Source: Nymphaea colorata (Eukaryota). Taken from it: a stretch of DNA of 64,000 nt. Positions 30,899 to 44,048 of the stretch are shown one piece after another. Position 1 is the stretch's first letter; each line of letters opens with the position of its first letter. The position numbers and the translations under genes were made by a program. The DNA is taken from contig NC_045138.2 of the NCBI RefSeq assembly GCF_008831285.2, forward strand, positions 26,412,001 through 26,476,000, read 5' to 3'. The notes beneath the pieces are model-generated. The model ran no database searches, was not told where the DNA came from, and worked only from the letters and a program-made list of their open reading frames with translations.

Positions 30899-33800
30899 AT
30901 TTAGAGGCGTACTGGAACTGGTTGTCTTGCTTCAGCGACAGTTGTAAGTCTAAATGTGTGATTGTGTACTGGAGAAGAGTTTCGTAGTTAGTTTAGCTTC
31001 TTCATCCTACTGCAGAATTGGTCTTTTGGAACGTGCAATGAAGTGGATATTTATCAGTTATCCATCTTAATGGGAAATCATTTCTTCAAAGAACATGGGG
31101 TGATGTTATTAGATAACAGACTCGTAACATTCTTGTATCTCATGCGCACATTAAGTGGTTATGCAGGATCACCCGAGAAAAAGACTGAGGTTTTGTACTT
31201 GTTTTCGGTATTTAGTGAAATAAACTGTCTGAGAAAGCTTCGACTTAAATATGTTGTGCTTAACCTTCCAGCAAATCGATGTATGCACACCCGTCCCCCT
31301 CCCAGCCCCGCCCCCCCCCCCCTCTCTCTCCAAATTCTTTTCCCGTGGAAACAATTCTTGTATAATTGTTGGCAACCATTTTGAGGGTTAACTGTTCAAC
31401 CATATTGCATATGGTGGTAGTCTTTTTATTTTCTTTTTTTTTAACCAAAAGTCTCGGTTCATTGCATAACGTATAGAGTAACTGCTATTCTTTTGGTGCC
31501 TTTCCACTGTTGAACTTGGAATATTGACAACAGTGCGATCTATGTGGTAATTTTAGATGTTCATGTCCTATACTCAGTAAATTGAGAGTAAGGAAGTCAA
31601 GTATTTCTTGTACACTTGATTTTCCAATCCTTTGTGCTGTGATTTTATTATATTGTCACTATTATAGATTCATACTTTGAGGTGGAATGTGTTGTTTATA
31701 GAGGGTTAATGGCGGATTTATTGATACTGGTGAGTAACCCTCCTAATGCCTTCAAGTTTTCACGTTTGTTGTGGCAAATGCAGAAGAACATTTCTTGATG
31801 TTGATTTAGCTGTGCAGTGTGTACAGTGGGCTGTTGGCATGCTTCCAATTTTGGCTATTTCCCTTTCTTGTTCAGTATGACCAATAAAATTTATAAATGA
31901 CTGTGATTGTATCTACAGTGACGGGGGAATTTTATGTCTACTGTGGTATCTCATCTCTTGTGGTGGTGTTTTGGTACATCTTATGTGTACAACTCCACAT
32001 ATCTGTTACATATATATATATTGATTAGTCAGTTTTGTCAGACATGTTTTTCGTTACAGCATCTAGATGAAAAAATGTTTTGGTGATTGTGCGGTCTATT
32101 GAACTTCCTATCTTCGCATTTTCATGCTTCTGATAGTAATTGAGAATATTGAAATGGAGAATATGATATGGGCCACAAAGTGGATGCTGATTTTGCTGAC
32201 CCCCTCCTTTCACTGAAACTTCTTTGCAACTTCTCTACAAACTTCAGAAGGCTGTTTGTGGATCATGAGTTTCCACTCTAACAACACATAATATCAGGCC
32301 AAGCGGTGCCAGATTTTTCAAGCAATAGCTCATTTTATATCTCTTCTCTTGTCAAAGTTGAAAATATTGTTCTCATTGACTTCAACCCCTCAAATATATT
32401 CTAGTCCGATTCTGTATCCAAATTTCTCCTAGAAACTTGAGACTCTAGAGAAAAGAATGCCTTCTATTCTCTTTGATAAAGGCTGGAGAATATGTCGCTT
32501 GACTCCAATCAGAATGTAATTGCAATCTTGTCTAACAATCACCACAGAAAACAGGTTCATGTTCAGCAAGGACCTGAACCTCTTTAAGTATGATCACCGA
32601 GAGAAGTGGTGACAATTGATGCCAGAAACATAGTACAAGGTACAACAACTATGTCCAGAAGTGAAACATAAGCAGAATACTTGAAATTGCGCATATGTTT
32701 CAACCTTACGAGAGCATTCAAATGCCTTAATTTACGTGAGATGAGCGCCTGAACTCTAGATCAACATATTATTAAAAGTTCAATCAGAAAATGATCACAA
32801 GAGGAGAGAAAGGGTGTGTCTTTACTGGGGCAGCCTATATCTATTTGTTGTTCTGTCTTTCCTTCCTCCAGAGACCTTGTGTGGCTCCAGGGACACACTA
32901 ATACGCTTCCTCCTTTTTTCTTACGCTCCATTTTTCTTCTGACATTTTTTCTTTTACTTCTTGTCTGTGTCTTTCTGCCATCTTTCTCTTGCATTTATTT
33001 TTCATGTCCTTAATGTCTTTTTTCCTGCTCTTTTCTTCTCTCTTTCAGACTACAGGATGTCATATCAAGTGTCTTTGGCAAATAATTGATAATGTGTTTT
33101 GCCAATACAATAATTATTTGGCTGTGAATTAAACATGAAAAAAAATGGATCTTATAAGAGGAGATTTTTGCACCCAATCTTCATTGTAAATGTCCGACAT
33201 GAGACTATTTGGGTTGATTGGAGTAGGTGTGTACTTCGTCCACACAAGTATAGTCCAATTTTTAGACTACAGTTTGTTATTTGCAAAGCATAATGGTAGC
33301 TCATTGAATTTTTGCTACTGTTAGGATGAAGGCAGCACATGTTCTCTTACTTGCTGGAAGGGCACTACAGTTGAATAATGCTCACCTAAAACTGTGCATT
33401 GATTTTGTCGCTTCAATCATTTGGAAGATCTCTGCAACTTTTCCAAGTTCTTTATTTACTTTAGTATTGTCTAACAGAGTTGAACTAGTCAATATAGTTA
33501 ATACATTTTTTGTCAATGCAATGCTTTAAAAATTTGTATAAAGAATTTTTAATTGTGTTACATGATTAGAAAGGTTCATCTATAAGAAATGAAAACCTAT
33601 TGGTCACCATCGTTGACATGATGATTAATGCCTTGGGAAATGGCATGTGCCGTCAGTCCTATATGGCACTACAGTTGGTGATACTTGCTCTTTTGATGCT
33701 TTTCTAAATATGCATATTCCAATCTCTCTCTCTGTGCTAAGTTTCCTAGTTTGATTATGAAAAACATAGTTTTGATTCTATAAATACGAGTATGGGACTA

Positions 33801-34181
33801 TGATTCGTTCTTTAAACTCGAGAATCTCTTCATGGTGTTTGAGTGAGTGGGGGTGTGATCTCTGTTGTTTGGGTGTATATTTTTTCTTGGACGATTTGGG
33901 GATATGCTGAACTTGATCATAGACAATTGGATAGTTGAAGTTGTATCACCATTTAGAAAATTCGAACGTTGTTGCTTATAAAGCTGAGTTTATGTTTTAA
34001 TTGAAAAAAAAAATCTGGAAAGTTAAATCTCATAGACATATTGGCAACGCTTCTGCCAGATGCGGTGTCGTGCTGCTGAGCTTTTCAAATTTTCAGTTCG
34101 GTAGTTTGACATTCGTTTTCCAATTTTATCAGGTGTCTCCGGAGAGAGTTCAGTTCTGATATTCAGGACTCAAAATTCTAA

Positions 34182-34345
34182 TAAGAAATGATCTGTGATC
34201 TGTCTTTTTCCTGTTGGTATATCACAGGATCTTATCGATCAATTGGGATGAGGCCATAGTCTATATACTATGACCTCATCCCAATTGATCGAGAAAATCC
34301 TATGATATGCCAACAGGAAAAAGACAGATCATATATCATTTCTTA
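34182..34345. repeat. 164-bp foldback inverted repeat
   Basis: Arms 34182-34260 and 34267-34345 (79 bp each) are reverse complements with 7 mismatches and no gaps; 6-nt loop; an (AG)n tract follows. Confidence 0.95.
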
Positions 34346-34857
34346 GAGAGAGAGAGAGAGAGGTTTGTAGGTTGGACTTCATGCTCCTCCTAGCAGCACA
34401 AGGCGTGGCTAATTTGGATTATGCTTTTTTATATTCTATTGATGCTCTTTTTCAGGAACTTTGACCATATTGTCGTTATCTATGTGGTTTGTTTGATGCG
34501 AAAGCACATTTGAATCCCAATACAACAAACAACTAGGCATTGGAAGGACCGCCCCGAAGAAAATAATCTATTATCTGGAGCGTATATTTTCAAGAACTAA
34601 ATGAACTTGTTTTATAAGTAATAACATATATAAAGAATGGATTCCTAGCAAAAGAATTCAAGGTAAAGAAAATATATGAGTTGTTCATGAAGAACATCCT
34701 ATGAAGAAACGAAAATCCAAACTGACCACAGAACCACAATCAAAGCTATCCATCCAACCCCTGACAAACTCAAACCTTACAACTCCTGGACTGATTCTTC
34801 AACTATGCACAAGGTAAATGAATGTTGTCAGTGATGATGGTAATAGCAACAGACTGT

Positions 34858-35193
34858 TTAAGTTCCTCTTGCTAGCATTTGATGGTAATTCTCAATCGAC
34901 TCCAGGCGTTGCATGCGCAGCTCTGTATGAAATTTCTTGATGAAGGCCTCAGCAGACTGATCTATATCCTCTTCTGGTTTCACGGTAGCCTTCCGGAAGT
35001 CTGTGCCAAACCTGCTGCCATCTCTGCTGTCACGGAGCTTACCAACTGCTCGCTTCTGCTCGAACCCGACTCGACCACTCTCTTTATCGCTGGCATTCGC
35101 GGTGAGAGGGCTGGGCTCAGACTGCTGGGGCTCCGAGATGTCAAAGGGAGGAGGAGGAGGTGGCGGAGCAAAGAAATCGAAGCTCTCCTTCAT
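34858..35193 (-). CDS. DUF761 (cotton-fibre-expressed) domain small protein, intronless
   Basis: 111 aa with poly-Pro N-terminal stretch and C-terminal DIDQSAEAFIKKFHTELRMQRLESIENYHQMLARGT; TATAAA on the minus strand at ~35279-35284. Confidence 0.88.
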   Translation of the reverse strand: MKESFDFFAPPPPPPPFDISEPQQSEPSPLTANASDKESGRVGFEQKRAVGKLRDSRDGSRFGTDFRKATVKPEEDIDQSAEAFIKKFHTELRMQRLESIENYHQMLARGT

Positions 35194-36882
35194 GGTGCTG
35201 CAACTATGCCGGCTATTTCGACCACCAACAAGGCTAGATCTGATCTACTGATGTTAGTAGGGACCTATTCAAGTCAATTTTATAGAGAGGGAGTGAAAGA
35301 ACAGCAGCGACAGCGAGGAGGGAGATGCAGAAGGTGCCAAAATAGGCGTCTCTTTATCCGCTCGGCCGTGTTCTGAAACGTAGGGGAATTGATCAACTCC
35401 AGAGGAATTCAAAGGTCTAATGGCTGCACATTGCTGACTTCCACGGTTGTTACCTTGATAAAGTTAGATAAAGAGTTAGATAAGCATTCAGACCTGGGCA
35501 CCACGTCGGCATTGACCAGGTGAAGCAGAAGACTTGTTCTTCATGAAATGAAAAGGATATTCAAATTTATAGAAAGATGCTTGACTTTGTCAAACTAAAT
35601 TACTTTATATTTTCAAAAAGATATTTTTGAAATTTATTGAAAGAAGCATGATTTTGTGAAAATCAAATATTTTATATTTTGAAAATGATATTTTTGAAAT
35701 TTATGGAAAGATACTTTGAAAAAAAAAATATTTTATATCTCAAATCGGAACTGATTATGTCTTTTGACGTAAGTCGGATACAGGTACAAGTGCAGCGATT
35801 TTAGAAAATTTCGGTCACCTACTTATGGAAGGACGGCTTCCACGCACTTCTCTGTTATGTCATAACAGGGAAGTTGCTCTCATTTCAAACCAGATTAGGT
35901 TGTACGTTAGCTCCATAACATGAGACTGTGTGTGCTAGGGATTGAAACTGGTTGATAAACTAGCTGACCCCATATGAAGACAAAAGTGGAACTCTAAAAA
36001 ATGTCTTTTTGATAAACTGAAATGGAAAAATACGGGTTCCCACGTTAGCCACTTGCCAGAATTCCAGAACCTTCAAACAGCCAAACAAAAAATTTTGCTA
36101 CTTGAGGTGGCCTTCTCAATTTGTGCAAGGTTAAGAGTCTTTTAATATTATTTATTGATTTATTTATTGTGGTTTACGCCCATTCATTTAAAATGTGGGC
36201 GTTTTAGTATCTGACAAAGATGCCGGCAAGAGAATATAAAAATAAAAATCATGGCCGTAATCCGTTTTCAAAGCATGAGAGTTGCGGGTCAGAGAAGCAT
36301 CTAGGCAAAGTGCTTGAACGTGCCCTTACAACTTACAAGTGTAAGTTTTGTCAATACCTAAAACTATATTTGAATTGGAAAATTTTGAGAGAATTCAAAA
36401 GACCGCCAAGAAATTGTGCGTGTGCCTATATATACATATATATGTCGACACACTTGGTGCATAATTTTGTTGCTGCTGATTTGACTCGAATCGACCAATT
36501 TATGGTAACCTGGTTCCACTTGACAATGATAGTGTTCAAGTTAAATAACAGCCACCATCATGCAACCTTATATAAGGTTCTCCTTAAGAAATTTAATCTA
36601 AAGTGAATAATGTTATTTCTATTCTCAGGTATTGCACTTGTTGGTATGTTTATATGGTTAAATTTGCCAACTAAAATTTCAAAAAGTTCCCTAGAGTTTA
36701 TGTTTCTGGACACCTCAATATAAACACGCACAAAAACATGAGTAGCTCATGAATTGACAGAATCTTTTACCGTAATTTTGCAGGATCAGCTACATGATTG
36801 CTTGCTGTCAGCAAGAAGGATATCAATGGCACTTCCAACAAAATATAGCGTCAGACATACATGCCTGCTCCTTGAAGAAAAA

Positions 36883-39826
36883 TCAACAAACGCCCAGCTT
36901 GGGAGACCCAGAGGGTAAAGGTAAATTCAAATTCTCAACGGTTCTGAATGTTCTTGGGATCATTTTATCTACATAAATGGTGCCATCAAGATGGTCACAC
37001 TCATGCTGTAATATGCGAGCCTTCCACCCAACAGCTTCCACTTTAAGCGGCCGGCCGTCCCGCCCGAGTCCTGTAACTTCAACCTCAAGGTGGCGCTCAA
37101 CAAGTGCTCTAAAACCATCAACACTGTAACATGCAAGAATGAGCTACAGAATTATAATGAAAATCTATGACAGAAGAAACAACGAACGACCTCCATGACT
37201 CATGACACCAAGCAGAAGAAACATGAACAGCATTCTCATTTGCAATGCAGCAGGCAAAGGTATAGCAATGTGCTTCTCACCTCAAGCAGCCTTCGAAAAA
37301 CATTGCAGTTCTGTCACCCTTCTTCGTAAGTTTTGGGTTTATAATCACCTTTCAGAGAATGATACTAGATGATTAGGAACAAGTTTATACAACATATTAT
37401 AAATCATGGAAACATTCTTCTGAAAAGTTACCGCTTACCAGAAGTTCAAAGGGCCGCCTGTCCTGGGCTCTAGTTTCCTCCTTGGAAGCATAACTAATAT
37501 AAGTTTCTGTATCCTCCAAAACTATGATCTGCACCGAAGCATGTAAATAAATCTTTTTTTTAGTAAAAAACATACTTTTGAAAATTTGGGGTATTGAAAG
37601 ATAAAGTACTACCCTTCAGCATTTTATATGCCTTTGGAGAGCTATTACCCGACTAAGGCCAAACCTGGAGGAAAGGCGAGAGAGGCCCTCAACTCAAAGA
37701 TTCAAATGTAAAGAACTAAGAATAAAACAGTATGTACCTTTAGACCTCCATCTTGTGCATGATATTCAGAGACAAGTTCACGACCTAATGAAAGAATAAG
37801 GATGCATTCATGACGAACGAATACTACGGTAGTTATCAGATTGGATTAATAATCTAATAATTTGGTATATCTGCATGTTTATCATGTTCAGTGCCAAAAA
37901 CCTCTGTTTAGAAACTTAGGCATAAGAAAATAATCCTAAGAGGCACTATCCTAGTGATTCTCAAAAATACTATCGTTGGAATCACCGTGAAGATTTCTAT
38001 CCTGCAATGAAGCAAACACTTGGTTCAAACACTGTTACAGGAGGACGAGTCCCCCCATTGGATGCAAAACCCCTCCTCCTATGAAAACGAAGTTGCATCG
38101 CCTCCCATCGGGAATCAATTTCCTGCATGAGTATCTTTTCATGAAGAAGTAGCCTTGCAATGAGTAAGATGCTTAACAAACCAACCAACCAATCCTCCCC
38201 TCCCCCCCCCATCCCAAGCACACCCTAGTCCTCCCCGTCTAGAGTCTCTGATTCTCTGGAAAGAAGGAATTAATTGATTAAGGAGCCCTCCTCTCAAACA
38301 TGACAATATTCCGAGTCACCAGCCTGACTTGCTTCATTTCCTTGAACGTCATTTTGCGTATCTTCTTTTTTAAAGGTTTGCATATGCATAAAATTGTCAT
38401 AATTTTAAACAATTCTACAGCACTCCCTAGACATTTTCCATGCAGATTCTTATTCATTGCCTACAACTCAAACCTCTAAAGAAATGACTATTTTCTAGAT
38501 CCAATTACTCTAGAACTTGTAATCACAATACAACTGTTGACGAATAACAATCTCCAAGCTTTGAGATACATGCCAAATATCTTCCCTTTTTTATAGACTA
38601 GGAGATCTTTCTTTATTTTCATAAGTGAGCTTTCTACAGACTGCATGTATCAGCAGCAGTTGCAAGTAGTAAGAATAATAGTAAATGAGAGGGAAATGGT
38701 TACATGAACAATAGTTTTGCAGAAGACGGCACTTGGCTAGATAATTTGGCAAGAAAGGAAAGTCCCATGAAGTTCTGCAGAAATACGATTTAGTTATTAA
38801 TTTGCTTTCATATGTAAAACGAATTTCAATCCTCAAATATGCCCTTGCTGATTATTTAGAGAACGAAAACCGTCATCATTCGTTATAATACTCTACTGAT
38901 TCCAGTTAGAATAATCTATCCAACAGAAGAGCATTTCAAAAGGCATTGGCGCAAAGATACCATCTCTTTTCTTCATGTTCAGGGAAATGGCTTGAAACTT
39001 CACAAGGAATTCCAGGGCAGAAGAAGGACAACATCTCGAGTAAAGATGAAAGTAATTGAAGCTTACGAAACTGGCTTTCCTGAAAATCATTTTCACTATA
39101 CCAGTAGGAAACCAAAGTAATAATGACTCTAGAAACACAATGACTCTGAAATTCATATAATGCAGGAAGATTGAAAGGTTTTTGAAATCTGGCCTGCCTT
39201 AATGAACTAAAAAATTAGTAGAAAAAAGCAAGCCAATCTACCATGTATCCGGATCACAAATGTCTGAGAAAGATTCACCCAACAATGGAAGTAAAACAGA
39301 GTCTTTTTCAAGGGGTTGCGGATAAGGAACAAAGACATACCTTCAGAGGAATACCAATTTGAGGGGCAGCAAGACCGACGCCGGGAGCCTTCCTCATCAC
39401 CGCGACCATGTCGTCGATCACTTTCTGGATCCGTTCCGAGCCGACATCCTGCAATGCGACCTCGCTCGCGGGTTCGTGAAGCACCGGGTCGCCGGCCTTC
39501 ACTATCTCCGGCAGTACCATTTCTTTCTGCCCGAAACCCAGAAACCATCCAGCAGAAGGAACGTTTCTCGAAGGAGAAGGACGAGGAGGAGAAAGCGTTC
39601 TTACTCCTCTCCCTCCTCTACCCGTTGTCGAAATGGGTCTTCTTCTGATGGATGGTGGTTCGCGGGCGATGAGGAATGGAGGGATGGTAGTGTCAGGCGG
39701 AGATGGACGACGGTGTTGAGCGGCACAGCTCTCACTGGCTCTTCCGAAGATCCGATAATGGCCTTCAACATCGCCGCTGCCGGCGGCGGGAAGGAGTCGA
39801 GCGGACGCAGTCAGAAGACGCGCCAT
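36883..39826 (-). CDS. PDF1A: Peptide deformylase 1A, organellar
   Basis: Exons 39826-39341, 37528-37439, 37348-37281, 37123-36883 (294 aa). All three PDF motifs present: [21 protein letters not shown]. First in-frame ATG is 39826 (the ORF track starts at a GTG). Confidence 0.96.
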
Positions 39827-40040
39827 GATAACCACTCATGTATCCTTCACCTCACATGCCACCGGTACGTCTCCCTCAGCAATAAACGGATAACGATGGG
39901 TCTCCTGCAAATTGGCTGGTGATTGTCGGAATAACACCTACTAATTACTCAGCCAGGATCCAAGAGATCAACTAATACTTTCTACCATCTTCTCTTTCCT
40001 CATCTTCTTTGTCCCTTCAACTGGAAGTAAAGAGAAGAAG

Positions 40041-40318
40041 GCAGAGTGAGTTCACATAGGTAAGCGGTTCTTCTATCATCTTCTTCTGACTTGATGGTTG
40101 TCTGTGCTTTGGAAGTATCAAAATCATGTTTATGTGGTTAATTTCATAATATACCCTAGACAGAGCAGAACTAGTTCTCGCAGAGCGAGTTCTTATAGGT
40201 AAGCGGTTCTTCTATCATCTTCTTCTGACTTGATGATTCTCTGTGCTTTGGAAGTATCAAAATCATGTTTATGTGGTTAGTCTCATAATATACCCTAGAC
40301 AGAACAGAACTAGTTCTC
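40041..40318. repeat. 139-bp tandem duplication between the divergent PDF1A and peroxidase genes
   Basis: Units 40041-40179 and 40180-40318 are near-identical (..ATAGGTAAGCGGTTCTTCTATCATC..CAGAACTAGTTCTC). Confidence 0.95.
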
Positions 40319-41297
40319 ATTCTAAATATCCGATGCACTTCCAAATAACGCAAACAAAATTCTCCTGCGCTTCTTATCTACTAAAGTTTTTCGTTTGTTT
40401 CATTGATATCAGAAAAACCCAGTTTGGAGACGGAAATCTAGTCATGCTGGTTTAAACTCAATTGTACTTCTAGTTCTCCCTCCAGTGGAATAAAATTCCG
40501 GCGGTGAAGGAACATTCATTTTGGACTAGTGTAACACATAAAATGTCAGCAAATGTCATCCTTGTTTTAAAATCCCACAGCCTTTGGTGAAATAAAACTT
40601 TCCCAATTGGAAAAAATGAACCTTGTAGACATTTGGCTTCCCATAATAAAAGGAACAACACGATCCGTGTTTAAAAGAGTTCAAAGTTATGTGGAAGACG
40701 TAGTTAGTCAAAGTAAGAAACCATGCGTGAGGGAAAAGAGAGCAAAATACTGAAAGACTTAGGCAGAATATTAGGTGCAGAAGGTAAGATCTAAAAGACC
40801 TCACTGTCAACAATTCAATTGGAATAGGCAGATTACATACACGTATATATGTTATAAGTTTTATAAAATGCCTAAAGACTTTCTACTTTGAACAGATTTT
40901 CAATTCAATTTCACTTAGCAAAGTTGGTTTTTTTTGGAAATCAAATGTAGTGTATGTGGGTCTCATCAAATACTCTAAAATTCATCAAGTCAATTCAACC
41001 GTATTTTAATAGGTGAGAGGACTTAGTTCCATTATTAAATCCTATATGCAGCGTTGATGCTACAACACTGTAGACTTAAACTGCAGACACTATTTATTTC
41101 TTGTCAACAGCATACAAGATCGTGTCTCGTGTGATTCGATTCGTGTCCTTGTTACTCAATCTGGCACATCGCTGCAACCTCTCGTTACAAATTTGTCGTC
41201 CGCGTACGCCTTATAAAGTCCATGGAAGAATCTGCAGAGATCCTATAAGCACTTGAATACTTGATCAAGATAGAAGCCAAGAAAAAGAAGAGAGAAG

Positions 41298-42811
<1,514 letters not shown>

Positions 42812-44048
42812 AGACCTGCAGATCGATCCATTCTTGGCATCGCTCAATTCGTATAGTGTTTTGGTTCCTCCTTGTTTCTTTTATCTTTTTCCCTTTGGGT
42901 AGTGAAGAGAATGTAAGATGAATAGCCAATCTTTTGAAGTCGAAAAGTTTCTCCATTAGTTCAGGGACAACGACCTTAAAAACATATCGTGTTCGTACTT
43001 AAATCATAAATGTCGACTTTTAGACGACAAAATGGCAAGATTTAACCTTGGTTTAAATTCTTCAACTTGACACCCTATACATTCTCTTCCCTCCCACTTG
43101 TGAAGTATTTTATTGGAACCTCTAAATCAAATACACTACAAAGCAAGCTCAACTTTGAAATGATCCCCACATGCTGCACCATATTTTATGTCTAGCCCAT
43201 CAAATTTGGACAAAAGATGTAGTCAAATAAAAACTTTCCAAGCTGCAAACGTGCTTTTGTCATCTCACAAAAAATTAGCCGCCTTTTGTACAGTTCTACC
43301 ACAAACAGCCTTCACGCTTGTTGTCGACCGTGTTCTTAAAAGATATCGGTTATTTTATCAAGGATTCAAAAACATGCTGCTGTAAAAGTCGGAGACCCCA
43401 TAACTTTTTAAAATACAGGGTTAATTTATTCTGCACAAGCCTTCTAGCCTTTTCCACTATGCCCTGAACTTTGGCAAATTTCAATAATTGCAACAAACTC
43501 TGTTCATTGTATGAGGAAGAGAATAATGTCACGCAAATCTGCAGCTTGCAATCGAGTTGGAAAGCACTGTCCTTGTGTTCCCAAGTAGTGTGCGTAATTC
43601 TTCCTTTTGACAAGCTAACCCGGCAGTCTAGAGAAACCACCAAGGATGCTGGTAAGAACATTCAAAGAATGTAAATGCAAAATATGCTAACTAATATATT
43701 GATTACATAGTGATATCAATTTATAAAGATTCTCCCGTGGATCTATGAGCCGAAAGAAGAACTGCGGGCTGCATAGGGTAAGATATCACAGAACCTACCG
43801 CAGTGTAAGTATAGCAAGGAAGGCTAAAGAATGATGACAACGGCAGGAAAAACCACTGACCAATTCTACAGAGGCCACTTGTCACCAGCTTCCACCTCAT
43901 GAAATCCCCCAACCAGCATCTCGAAGTCCCACCGTCTTTGCCACCCTACAGGTCTCCATGCTGCTATACAACAAATACCCAAGAGAAACCTCACCCGGTT
44001 ACAGTGGCAACGGACAGCACTTGCACTAATCTGCTTCTCCTGTAACAC

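Noticed and set aside
41047..41059. TGCAGCGTTGATG, matching the 3' 13 nt of miR397 as recalled, upstream of the peroxidase
   Set aside because: The 5' part does not match and only a tiny imperfect stem exists; probably chance.
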